The translations under genes were made by a program, and so were the position numbers. A stretch of 60,000 bases of DNA from assembly GCF_037042905.1 (NCBI RefSeq), contig NC_087251.1:39434001-39494000 (forward strand), given 5' to 3'. How positions within the stretch are numbered: position 1 is the stretch's first letter; every line of letters begins with the position of its first letter. Positions 11,801-34,500 of the stretch are shown here, piece by piece. Origin of the DNA: Lytechinus pictus (taxonomy: Eukaryota). The notes under the pieces were generated by a model, which saw only the letters and a program-made list of their open reading frames with translations, had not been told where the DNA came from and made no database searches.

Positions 11801-14800
11801 ATGGTCCTGTTCAAAATGCAGTCCATCATGCTTTTAGAATAACAAGCAAAGAAGGAGCCATTCAATCCAAAGTCCATTTACTTTGATTAAATACCCAAGT
11901 CTAAGCACCCATCACCAAGTGTGGGTTTACAAAATGATGATTATCTTCTTCGTAAGAAAACCCATTGTACCTCCATTACTTTACCAAATGGACTACCGAC
12001 CGGTACATGTTTTGCATACTTGTCACAAAGTCATGTGTGTGCATAAAAATGCCTTGAAGCATCTTGCAATTACACCAAACGATAAAAGATCCTTTTTTTT
12101 CTTCTTTACTATTCTCATCTTTCAGTGTGTCTAGGCAATTACAACAATTTTGTATACTGTAGTCGTGAAATGTGTAGGCAGTTACAGTTTCATATTGATC
12201 TTATAAAAATAAAGGTCTTAATTTTTTACATCGAAAACATGATAAAAATAAGAATTCAGTCAGATTGTTTCAGATTTATTGTCACAAATTTCGAAAATAC
12301 ATGACAATGTTTTACTTCATATGCAAAGATAACATTGAAAAATAGATTTAAAAAGTATTTTTTCAGTTGACTCGCTTTGCCAATGTTAGAACAATAAAAA
12401 TATAGAAATCAATATTTATATTAGAAAAGATCAATTGATCTGCCTCCTATTAAAGTATTGACATATTGATCGTGTTGACTAAATATTTTACGATCCAAAA
12501 TCAAAGCGGTCTGTAAATTGTGCAAACATAATAACTAATACAATGTATTTTCATGATGCTGTATTAGACTAATACAGCATCATGAAAATACATGTACATT
12601 GGTCTTGATAACCAATTCTGGGAGCCCCAAATATATATGTTTTAAAATTATGGTCTATTGTTGGAATAGACAGATAAGTATGTATATCATCATCATCATC
12701 ACTATATCATTAACATTATCACTATTATCATCATCATCATTACTACTACTAGTACTACTACTATTATAACTCCTTTTATTCAATGAGTCCATTCTATAAG
12801 AAAGTATTGATTGGAATTTTAAATTGAACAGAATGCACAATTGATGTTGCCAAGTAGCTCATTATAAATTTAGTGTTAGAAGTATGTGATGCAATTGTGT
12901 TATTCTGCGATAAGAATGAATTTGTAGATTGTGGAAGATAATTTGCCCATCATTTTGTTTAATTTTCTCTTCCTTGTATTTAGTGGGGTTTTTTCTACCT
13001 CCAAGCGTTTTGAGGTGGAATACATTTTTGAGAATTTTCCTTAAGAAAAAAGAGTACACATAACAGTTATAATAAGTACAATTCTATCAATCAAATTTGA
13101 TCTGATCTGAATTAGAGGTGATATCATTTGGTATGGTCTATCATTAAACTCCAATTCTATGAGAATTATCTTTATGATTTTAGCCTCTTTTAAGGTTAGT
13201 GGAACTTTTTTAATCATCATAGTTAAAAGTCCATGGCCAATGTTTACACGAGAAGTTGTGTATTGTTTCTGGATTTGGGCTTGACCTTTGAACACATTAT
13301 AATAATTGCTGATGGATCCATGTTAAATTTGTTTTGCCATATTAACTGTTGCCAGTTTCAGTTGTACATGTATACTTTTAATTCATATGTTTCTTGTTAC
13401 ACTGTATATTCTTATACTGACCTGGATGGGGGTAAAGGGGTATAGAAAGGAAGACCTGTGGGTCATGGTAATTTAGTTAACCTTTTCCAAACCCAGGCAG
13501 CCCCTTCATCTCTATTCCAGGTCCTTTGTATAATGCCACATATATCCTATTGTTTATGTAATCTGTCTTGTACTATAATTCATGTATTTTGAAATGCTGA
13601 ATAAATAATAACTAGCACTATCACTGAAGGTGATTAAAACCCCCTGCTCTATGCTGTTACCATGGCAACAGTTTGCAACACATGAAAAAAATATGCCTTG
13701 CCCATCTTTACCCAAAGACCTATGTGTGAGCAAAATATCATTAAAAACTGATGAAGTCGTTCCATGCGCAAGATTTGACCTTATTTTGGGCATTTTATGC
13801 CGTTACCATGGCAACGCAAATTTCAATACATACAATTCATAAACATCTTTGAATAATGGATAAGAAGTGTGCATACAATTATTTCTATCCCACCACACAT
13901 ACAATTGTTTCTGGATTTATACTTGCTGTGACATTATGCTATTATTATAATACAATTTCTGAAAAGGGATGAATTCAAGTAAAAATGTTTGATGTTGTGT
14001 TCTGTTGAAAGTTCACATATATGTAGGGCCTATTACGTAGGCCTACATGTACATACATGTACATAAAAACAACCTTGCCTTTTAGAACATTTCTATTTTC
14101 TACGAGCATTCACATCATTAATTATGAAAAGACCAAAGTCATATTTATCAAAAATCAGTATCCTATATGATCTTAAATGCTATCCTGATACATGTGTGAC
14201 AAACATACATCCTCCTCCTGCTTTTCATCTTCTACTTCCTCCTCCTTTTTGTCTTCCTTTTCTTCTTCCCCCTTTCCATCCCTCCCTCCCTCCCACCTTC
14301 CAATCCCCACTCTCTCTGTTTTCCTTACCAGCCTCCTTAATGCCCCCCCCCCTCACTTTCTCTCGTTTTCCATACTAGTATTATTTCCCATCCCATTTTT
14401 TGCCCCCATTTTCTTGATCATATCTTTGAATAAATGACAACTGTAATTTGGCCAAACATAAACTTGGTCCAATTTCAAATGTAGACAATTTCTGTGATTT
14501 TCACTGTTCATTTCACCATGGGCATGACAAGTTCACATACCTTCAAAAATATGAGAGGGCATTGGATTTAATGTAAATCTATTCATGCAGTTTTTGCTTT
14601 TTACTTTGAGACAAACATATTGATTTTTGTCTGATAAATGATGTTTCGGTCCTACATTTGATAAGGATTAAAACTGAGCAACCAACACCACCAGCATTTT
14701 CTACCTTTATATATTTTAGTGATTTTCCCCAAGATCTAGTTTAGGCTTCATCCTGACTTTTTTCAACTTTCAGAAGATAATACACCAAAATTACATTATA

Positions 14801-15029
14801 CAGGTGCAGAATGCAATTTAATCTGGATCTAGAAAATATTTGATTTCTATTTTGGCATACAGGAGATTAACATTCAAATTCTGATATAAAAGATTCTTAG
14901 GTCTACATTATTTTATAGCCACATCACTTAATAATTAGTAGGATACTTCCTCTAGCAGAAGCAGTTCATTTGTGTAGTTGTAGGTACCTCAAACATAAAC
15001 GTATGCACATGATAAACGGGAATTACCCC

Positions 15030-15550
15030 CAACTCCTGCGAAATGCACCCTTCACACACAAAACCACCCAGCCACAGCTCCGGCTGACGCACACCCCATC
15101 ATCACCGACACCATCACCCGCTGCAGACTCCACAAACTTATGTACCTGTATTCCTGTGTAAAATCCGCGATGAAGATCCCGTTCTTGCCCCGAATTCCAA
15201 TCCGCAGGGTTGGTTTGTTCGTCAATCTGTCCTCCAATTACTAGAATGGGCCAGACTTTATAATTTCCTCCTTTAAATCCTGTAAAAATATTCGTAGCAA
15301 AGTGGTAGTGTTCCGTTCCGCAGGTGGTTTTTCTTTAACACTAACGTTTTATACAAAATGACCTGTGCAAGCGCAGCAACGTCGCCAAGTCCAATGCAAT
15401 TTCATACATCCACAATTTTACGGCCTATGCATTGCGCCAAAGTTCGACTTCAGCGAGTTTTGTTCGGCGCCGTATTGTTCAACATCATAATTTTGGTTCA
15501 TTCACAGCGAGCGCTTTCCAAAGTTTATTCAATGAGTCATTCTCTCGGCT
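15030..15550. promoter_or_regulatory. CpG-enriched unique island, candidate promoter or first exon of an unidentified gene
   Basis: Local rise in GC and CpG in non-repetitive sequence. No recognisable protein; orientation not established. Confidence 0.35.
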
Positions 15551-15775
15551 AAATTGTGTCAATATGCTCATTGCAGGTGTTGGATAAATTACTTTGGAAG
15601 GACAGTAGGCCTTTAGTACTGTTTTGAAACTTTGCAGAAATATAAGTTTTGGGGGTATTTTTTTTCTTTAGATGTCTCTCAAGAACGAAAACTATCTGGG
15701 GATGATAGTAAAATATCAGAAATTGTTCCAAACAAAATTCTCAGAAAAGACGGTTATTCGGCTTTACTCTCCTGC

Positions 15776-16374
15776 TCCACCCCCAAAAATGTTGTTTTGA
15801 ATAAATAGAGAAAAATCAAACTAACATAACACTGAAAATTTCATCAAAATTGGATGTGAATAAGAAAGTTATGACATTCAAGTTATGCATATAATTTTTA
15901 TGCAAGATTCTCTTATTTTTTCACAAAACAGTGATATGCACAAATCAGTGACATGCAAATGAGACAGACGATTATGTCACTCTCTCTAACTATTTATTTT
16001 GTTTTTCATTCTTTGAGTTATACAATATTTCTTTTTCTTTTTTTTAATACAGATTTGACAATGAACCAACTTGACTGAACCATATGGTATTAAACAATGC
16101 TAATTCCACATGTTCGGGGAGGAATTAATCATTGTTTCACTTGGCAATGAGGAGATTCCATGTGATGAAATACAAAATAAATAATGAGTAGATGACGTCG
16201 GCATCAGTCTCCTCATTTGCATACCGACCAGGATGTGCATTTAACTGTTTTGTGAAATTAAGCTAAACTTCTTATTTTACATCCCATTTTGATGAAATTT
16301 TTAGTGTTATAATATGCTTGTTAGATTTTTCTCTTTTTATTCAAATCAACTTTTTGTTGGGGTGGACTTGTCCT
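15776..16374. mobile_element. TTAA-type MITE with a slightly truncated left end
   Basis: tccacccccaaaaatgttg.tttgaataaa ... tttattcaaatcaactttttgttggggtggacttgtcct|ttaa. Confidence 0.75.
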
Positions 16375-18125
16375 TTAACTTGGGCCAAAACTAAGGATGG
16401 AGCATCATCGATAACACATATTTTAATCGAATTTTGATAATAATCAAACAATCCCAACTTGTCACAATTTTTTTTAATTATCATCGTTTACGACTCAGTC
16501 TGTACTTTGGCTTTATTAGACCTAACCAAATCCTTGCTTTACCAAAACTGGCCCCTCCCCTAAACCCTAACCAAAATACCCTGATGTCCGGGGGCTGCTG
16601 ATGCAACTCCTGCTTCCTCCACTCTTTATTTACTAAGTTTGTAACTTATCCTTATAGTCCTAATAGGCCTATATAAGGATTAATTTTCTCATACTTTGGG
16701 GGAAAACTGGGGACACAATGATTTACAGGCCCGTAGCCGGAGTTTTCAATTGGGTTTCGATCCATTCTTTTCTCCTTTTCAACCCCATTTTTTCCTAATT
16801 GATTTTGAGAATTTTAGGAAGTTCGATCAAGCCCCCGAACCCCCCCCCCCCCCGGCTACTGGCTTGCTTTAATGATTCATTGTGTAAAAGTATCCAAACG
16901 TCGAAGTGTTTCGTCAATAGTAGCTATTTGGAATGCATGCCTTTTGCTGGGTATAACAATGGGGGAAAAAGACACGATGAAGAATGATTTGAAATGTCCT
17001 TTCATGCATGGGAATTCGATATTTGTTTTTAATTTGTAATACGCGTGATTTTTAATGTATCGAATTGGGCGATAGCCTATATAATATAGGGCGATAATTA
17101 TTTCAGGATTAAAAAGGTATATCACGGTCAAGACATTTTTCTAGGCTTATTTCTTTTTTTTTTCATATAACAACACGCTGTTTAAAATTTCAAGCAGGTT
17201 GTTTAAGCCCGTCACTCTAACATCATTTGTTTAAAGTTTGAAACAAGTTGTTAAATTTTTTTTAACAAGATGTTGAAAACGTTTAAAGAATTTCAAAAAA
17301 AAAGTTTGAACAAATTATTGTGTAAAAGTTTAAACAACTTGTTGTTAGAGTGGAGGGTATAAACAGCGTGGTATTTTTGTTTTACTGTGTAACGGCATAT
17401 TTACCCATGCAGGGTAGCCATTTCAGTTCCGAAAACTGTTCTTCCAGCGGGCCCTTATTATTCTTCTTTTCCCTTTTGATAGTCATTCCGTTTCCACTTT
17501 TCCTCTCCCCATATATTTTCAGTTACTTTTATGTGCATCATCAGGGCAGGTGCGTGCATATGCAGCGCGCACTTTCTCCATGCATGCAAGAGCTATATAT
17601 AGAGAAAAAAAAGAATTCCCTGGGGAAACATGCCGATGGAGAGGGAGAGAGAGAGAATGGACGCCAGGTATGGTTTTACATGGTTTGATTGAACGGGGGC
17701 CGTGGAAGCGGGGGGGGGGGGGTGGGTTTGGCGTGTAAAAAACCGTAAAAATGACCATATGATTGTGATTTTTGCATGATCAGCCCCCCCCCCCACTTTG
17801 AAAACCGTTTCGCGGCCCCTGTTAAATATATTCAAATATTACTTTTGCCTATTTTTAAACCAATGTAAACATTAAGTGACGTTCATTATTCAAAAGATTC
17901 GAATACTAGGCTCGTTATTCTGACAACACAAAAATATATTAGGCCTAAATTGATTTTTTTTCAGGTTTATTATAACCTGTAAATTTATGGTTTGATACTT
18001 TAGATTTATCTCTCAAAGCTAAAAAATTGGACTTATTCTAAAAGTCAAATAAAGACAAAAAAGAAACCGTTAGTGTGCATGTGATTGTGTGTAGGCCTAT
18101 ATGTGACATCGTCTGTTTTCTTTAA

Positions 18126-18743
18126 AGGAGAATGAAACTCTTGGAGCAAGTCAGCTTTTGTGAAAGCAGAAAAATCAAAGAATAAGATCAACAAAAGTTT
18201 GAGTAAAATAGGACTAGCAATAGAAGAGTATGAGCATTTGAATGTCGAGATCACTAATGCTATGGAGATCCTCATATTGGCAATGCGACCAAGATCTATG
18301 ATGTCACAGATGAACAACTCTCCCCTTTTGGACACTGAAAATATACCCCAAAACATCTCTTTTTGCTCATATTCTAATCATATGACAAACGATTCATCAA
18401 TGATATAATGTTGTGAAACCTCTGTACTTGTCCTCTCATAAAGAGAACACCTCACCTTGTGATAGACCATAGAGCTATCTTAATAGCTCCATGGATAGAC
18501 TCTATAAAAGTGAGAATATAAGTGAAATAAGTACTAAAGTAATAAGGGAGTTGTACGTGTGTGACATCACAGATCTTGGTCGCATTGCCAATGGGAGGAT
18601 CTACATGGCATTAGTGATCTCAATATTCAAATGCTCATAACTTTCTTATTATTCATTCAATCTTCCTCAAACTTTCAACAATATGTTTCTTTGATTTTTC
18701 TCTTTTATATGGATTCAGCTGGTTTCAAGGGTTTCATTCTCCT
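18126..18743. mobile_element. TTAA-flanked (Kolobok-like) non-autonomous transposon
   Basis: ttaa|aggagaatgaaac ... gtttcattctcct|ttaa, with long internal inverted repeats. Confidence 0.82.
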
Positions 18744-18747
18744 TTAA

Positions 18748-19254
18748 AGGAAACCAAAACCCAAGAAGAGTAGCAATCTTATTGGAAAGAGTAAAATGAG
18801 AGGAACAATTTAAAACAGGTTTCATCAAAATTGGTTTTGAAATAAGCAAGTTATGGACGATTAAAAAGTCTTGTTGTACTTTCAATGGGGATCCTAAAAT
18901 TGGCAAACGTGCTTCAATATGGCTGATATTGTGGACAACTCTCCATTTGTTTTGTACACAAATTTTCAGATTTCCCCCTTTATTTTACATATTTCACATT
19001 ATCTACTCCTGACCTTGACATATGTGGTGTGAATTATATTTTCCCATGACATATGTTGTGCTCAAAAGGAGGCAAGATGCATTTGGAAAGATAATGAGGA
19101 AAATCTGAAAATTTGTGTACAAAACAAATGGAGAGTTTTAAAACTTCCATAACTCGCTTATTCTATAACCGATTTTGATAAAACAAGTTTTAGATTGCTC
19201 CTTGCATTTTACTTTTTCCAATAAGATTGCTTCTCTTCTTGGGTTTGGTTTCCT
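18748..19254. mobile_element. Second TTAA-type element abutting the first
   Basis: ttaa|aggaaaccaaaacccaagaagag.agcaatcttattggaaa ... tttccaataagattgcttctcttcttgggtttggtttcct. Confidence 0.8.
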
Positions 19255-20274
19255 ATATAAATGAACTGTTCAGGGATAGGATTCAAACAAAAATAATTGA
19301 AATCTAAACAGCAATGGTAAAGAAATCTATGTATTTTTTAAAAGATATTAATTTGGTTTAAACCTTTAGAGGCATAATTTGTTTAATCTCTCTTTAAAAT
19401 GTAAGAGAACAACCTAAGTTTATCAAGGGAACCATGTTGTACGATGTTATTTAATTTTTGTATTCATTGCGTATTTTTCAAGGGCCATGCTGGAAACGTT
19501 TTTGAAAGAGAGAGGGGGGGGGGTTATCATTTAAAAAATACATACTCAGATGGCCATTTTTACGCTTTTATCTGTACCCTTGGTTCCTAATCCCTAGCTA
19601 GCTGTAGGCCTGATTGTTTGGTGAAGATATAAGAGAGCTCCCACTGAAGTTGTACAATCTCTATTTATTATCTCTCTTTCTCTCCCTCCTCGCTTTATTT
19701 CCTTCATTTTTATATTCAAACTAGCTGTGGCTTGCATGGACTTGACCCGAAATCAAACGTCTGTCATTGCAGCATTACACTGACATGAATGTGTTCAAAG
19801 ATGGCGCTAAATAATAACTGCAATCAGAGCTTCATGGAGATTCACGACATGCCACTGATGCCAGTTGAACTACTCACACAGATATAGTCTAAAATTGGTA
19901 TATACTATCAATTTGGTCTAACGCTAGTTTCGTCTGCACTGGAATTGGTCTAACTCATTTTAGTCTCATTCCCACTTGGTCTAATTTCCATTTTGTATAT
20001 AGGCCTTTACTTTGCCAAATGAATATTTGGTGCATAAATTATAGTGTCAACTAACCTGTGATATACCCAAAAATAAAAATAATAAAATAAAATATTTGTA
20101 CCTAGGCGTGCGACTGGCATGTTTTTCACCTGAACACAGCCCATTTTAATTTTGTTACCAAATATCATGAAACTTGACGTTACAGGTTTCCAACTAATAA
20201 TCACCTTATTTATTTAGAAATTATATCAGGGGCTGCGAAACAGTTTTATAATGTGGGGAGGGGGCTGGTCTGGC

Positions 20275-23200
20275 TGTGTCCACCCGCTAGTCATATTGTC
20301 CACAACCGCGTAGCCAGGATTTCATTTTGGAGGGGGCGGTAAATGCACGCAAAGCGTGCCAACACTTAAAGAGCGCGCGAAGCGCGCTCCCTAGGGGGGT
20401 GGGTGCAGGGAGGGGGAGTTTCCCCCTCCCTTGCGAAGCGCGAAGCTTTTGGTGTTTCATAAATTAAAATTAAAAGGAGCCGTCTCTTTTGTCTCTAGTA
20501 CCTATATCAGCTCCAATTCAGTTGACTTTATTGTGATTTTGAACTTGTTTTCAAAAGTGATTGTGAACGCACAAAAAGGAATACAATGGAGGAAATTAAA
20601 ATCATTATAACCCCGCGCGAAGCGCGGAAGCTAAAGCGTTTTATCAATTTTTTTGCCATGAAAAGGGTCCCGAGAAAAGGGTATTCTCAAAGATATATTG
20701 AATACTTCCCTTGGAAATATCAGATTTGATTACAAACAATTTAGCGACAGTGCATATCTTTAACTCGCAAAACAGAGGAGAAGAAGTGTATATGCCGGGA
20801 GGAAGCAATAAAACTCTGAAATTTCAAAGGGCGGACGTTTCATCAAATGCAGATATATCTAATACCCCATCGGCTCTAATTCAATTGATTTCCTAAGATT
20901 ATTGAACTTCATTACAAGGAAAATAGTGCGCAAAAAGTTGAAACTTCTGTGATTTATTAAAATAATATAAAAAAGGATGCCTAATTTCTTTGACTTATCC
21001 TGAAGCGCTTCATTTTGAATTATAAAGAAACCTAAGTGTCATTCAAAATTTCAAACTGAGGGCGCAAAACAGGACAGGAGATGAATGTGCAGGGAAATAA
21101 CATGAAGATTAATAGAATTTGAAAAAAAAATATTGTACTTTTTTATTTAATACGACACGAATTTTATACATTCCTCTTCAATTAGGAACCTGTTTGCCCC
21201 AAATTATGGTTGTTTAGTAATGACCTGAAAAGCGGGAGAAGTTGACTTTATGGAGGTGACGGCAGAAATTGATATAAAGATTTTACCCGCCCGGAGCCGA
21301 CCCAGAAGTTGCGCGATCAATAAAAAAAAGATAACTTCATATACTTCGGCCTAACCTTACTCTAATTCCATGCCCTAATCTATACATTTGAACTTTAACT
21401 GGCAAGAAACACATATAGCTGAGGTGGAAAAGCAGAGTTAGAGAAAGGGTGGGGGAAACAAGGGAGAACTTCAATATTGTCATTTAACCGCGCGCAGCGC
21501 GGAAGCAAAATTCATATATAAATTTAAAGCAAGAGTGAAGGAGTTTCTCTTTTGAGAAAAAAAATAAAGAATAAAAAGAAGAAAAAAAACGACAAAGCTA
21601 CCTTTCTTCCCTTTCCTCCCTTCCCTTTTCCTTTTTCCCTTCTTTTTTTTTCTTTTTGGGGACGTTTTTTGGGGGGGGCGCGACCGCCCCCCCTGGCTAC
21701 GCGCCTGATTGTCCACTGGTCATAATATAGTCATAAGGACCGCAAGTCATAATAGTCATAAGGGTCGCTATTCATAAGGTCTATGTTCATAGAGGTCGCT
21801 GGTCTTAATCAACGATGAGGGTCGCCATTCATAATCAAAGATGAGGGTCACTGACTGGTCATAATCAAGGAAGAGGGTCGATAAGGTTTTGTTGATCATA
21901 AAGTTCGCCAGTCATAATAGTAGATGACGGTCTCCAGTCATAATAGTAGAAGGGGTTCACCATGCAGTCATAATAGTAGATGAGGGTCGCCAGTCATAAT
22001 AGTAAAAGAGGTTCGCCAGCAGGGCACTGGGAACGATTTTTTTCAGTGGGGGTGATGACATGGCTGACAGACTGAGCTAGGTTAACACAAAGGTTAGCGA
22101 TCAATCGGTAAATGAATTGGCCTATCAAGATCAAGTTGCATGCACATTTTGCTCAGTAGACTGAATATGAACCAATCAGAATTGATCTTTCAAATAACGA
22201 TTAATCGCTAACTTTTATGTTAAGGAGTCCTGATATAAAACTTTACAATTTAAGCACATTAAAAAAAAAAAAAAAAAAAAAAAGATGTGTATATGAATAA
22301 ACATGCGTGCGCTAATAATGCGAGCGCGAAATGTCGTTTATTTTCATTATATTTCTGTCATTTATCATACCTACCAGATTTCCAGGGGGTGCTAGCTATA
22401 TGGAAAATAATACACGCAGCACCTCCAAGGAAATTCGTGCGATATTTCTAAAACACAAAAAGATAGCGCCGCAAAATTTTAGGACTTTTTTAAAAGTCTT
22501 CCGCAACTTTTGAGACCAAATTCGCGACGTATACGGGTATAGCGTCGCGACGTCAGGTCATGCCTTTTCACGAGATAATGACATGCCGAAAATGGCTCAT
22601 TTTTGTAACTTTGTGTACAAAGTGTTCGGTAGATGAAATTCATAAAAGGGTGTTTATTTTCCGTTTTAAGTGGTCTGCTTAATTAATTTAAGGTTTAATT
22701 TAGTTCTTAAATGGTCTGTAATTATTTCCATTAAATACAAATGAAAAACAAAAGATAAGAAAGTAAGAAATACATAAGAAATTCTAAAAACAAAGAAATA
22801 CATACTGAAAAAATTGGCTTTCGCAATTTTTCTTTGTGGGAACCTTTAAATTGGATTACAAAGATGGCATTTGGAGAAAAAAAGAGGAAATTCGAAGTGA
22901 AATTGGGTGTTGAATTTGAAAATATTGTTTTTCCCAAATGAATTTGTATATTTTATTCATAATAAATAAAAATAATTATTTTCAAGATTTCTGTTCTATA
23001 CTGGCTTGTAGTTTATGTCGTCAGAATGTGCGTGCCAAATTTCGGCGCGACCGCGCGAACGGCTGCCGAGATCAGAAGGGGGCATCATGCCCCCCCCCCC
23101 ACGTCCTTGATACGTCTCAAATTAACCCTCATCTCCTAACGTGACTGGCGAACCCCTTCTGCTATTATGACTAGCGACCCTCTTCCTCTATTATGACTGG

Positions 23201-23327
23201 CGAACATAATGACTCATGGTCCTTATGATATAGTGACCCGGCCCTTTTCCCTATTATGACTAGCGAACTAGGTATAGGATTTTTGGTATTATGACTTGTG
23301 GTCCTTATGACTAGCAGGCTTACCCTT
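20275..23327. mobile_element. Foldback-like element with ~26-bp subterminal repeats, interrupted by other insertions
   Basis: Repeats of ggtcgccagtcataatagtag at 21716-22020 are mirrored by ctattatgactggcgaacc at 23125-23320; gtctggc is duplicated on both outer flanks. Confidence 0.65.
20303..21707. mobile_element. hAT-like non-autonomous element
   Basis: TIRs caaccgcgtagccagg / cctggctacgcgcctg; exact 8-bp TSD attgtcca at 20295-20302 and 21708-21715; internal gcgcgaagcgcg motifs. Confidence 0.88.
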
Positions 23328-23487
23328 GTCTGGCCATCTATAAAAACATAACAATTAGATGTTCATTTTACTTCTTTGTACAGAATTATTGAAAAAGTGG
23401 GGGCCCCCCTTCAGCCCCAGCCTGCGGTTTAGATGTAGACATTATAATCAAGTTTCATTTATGATATCTATATAAAGGAAAAAGAAA

Positions 23488-23543
23488 AAGAAGAAGAAGA
23501 AGAAGACGAAGAAGAAGAAGAAGACGAAGAAGAAGAAGAAGAA
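23488..23543. repeat. (GAA)n tract ~180 bp upstream of the PSMC6 ATG
   Basis: aagaagaagaagaagaagacgaagaag... Confidence 0.95.
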
Positions 23544-23724
23544 AAAAAATAGGATAAAAAATAGGATATCTCTATGCATGAAATCACGCACAGAAATATA
23601 TGCCACACGTTGAATGAAAAAGTTGAGTTTGAATGAAACTCAACTTTTTCAAGACATCTTTTGAAGGAAAGATCGCCCTCTGCGGAGTATCATAAACATT
23701 TTCACAGCTAGTCATACATTCATC

Positions 23725-33538
<9,814 letters not shown>

Positions 33539-33861
33539 TAATAATACATGAACCGTAGTATTATTTTCCTTATATAATGTAATGGTTGTCTAGACTATCA
33601 TTTATTGCCTTCAGTCGAATGTAGGTGGTAGAGACTTTAAAAAAAGAATCTAAAGAAAAGTTTTCATACTGCAGTTACGATCTCCAGCTTCAGAGTGCAG
33701 GGCCCATTCCATGTGTTGAACTCTCCAGGGTCCTGTTACTTAATGCTTAGTGACTGATCATACAATTGATGTTTGTGATTCATTCTACATTATGGTCAAT
33801 GCAATCAGTCATGAAAATTTGTTTTAGGATCAATTGCTTAGCTTTGTGTTATGGAGCCCAG

Positions 33862-34045
33862 GCGGGTGCATCATAAAGCTGCTCGTAAGTTGAGAGCGAC
33901 TTTAAGAACGACTGGTGATCCTTTCTTGTGGTAAATGATATTCACCATCAAATGTTTATTGATGATTATGTAGCGCGTAAGAAAGGTTCACTAGTCGTTC
34001 TTAAAGTCGCTCTTAACTTACAAACAGCTTTATGAAACAGCCCCC
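33862..34045. mobile_element. Palindromic MITE
   Basis: Arms cataaagctg.tcgtaagtt.agagcgactttaagaacgact / agtcgttcttaaagtcgctcttaacttac.aacagctttatg. Related copies lie near 39257-39422 and 35080-35665. Confidence 0.82.
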
Positions 34046-34500
34046 AGACCCTCATATTTGATCTATTGCACCTGGCTATGAAATAGATGCAAGACGTCAT
34101 CAGTGATCTTTCTATATTTGTGTTATGGAAAATTCTTTTAAAACTTTGGTTTCAGATGCTGAAAATCTCGAATACTTTCCATATGGAGACTTTTTATTAT
34201 GTGTAAAGAGAATGAGCCAGTAACAATGAATAATTGAATTATAAAATTATGTCAGGTATATATTTGTGATTTCAAGTTTGGTGTTGGTGCTGGGTTCCAT
34301 TTCATAAAGAGTTGTATTTCTTTAACAAATTTACTTTCAGCCAATCAGATTGGCAGATTTCGGAAGGTTTTAACTGTTATTGCAAATTTGTTGTAATTAC
34401 AAGTTATATGAAATGGGATCCACATGTTGGAACCAATATACATTGCCTCCCAGTCCCATAGCTCAACACTAAGCCAAACTTGTCCCAAGATTGGTCTCAT

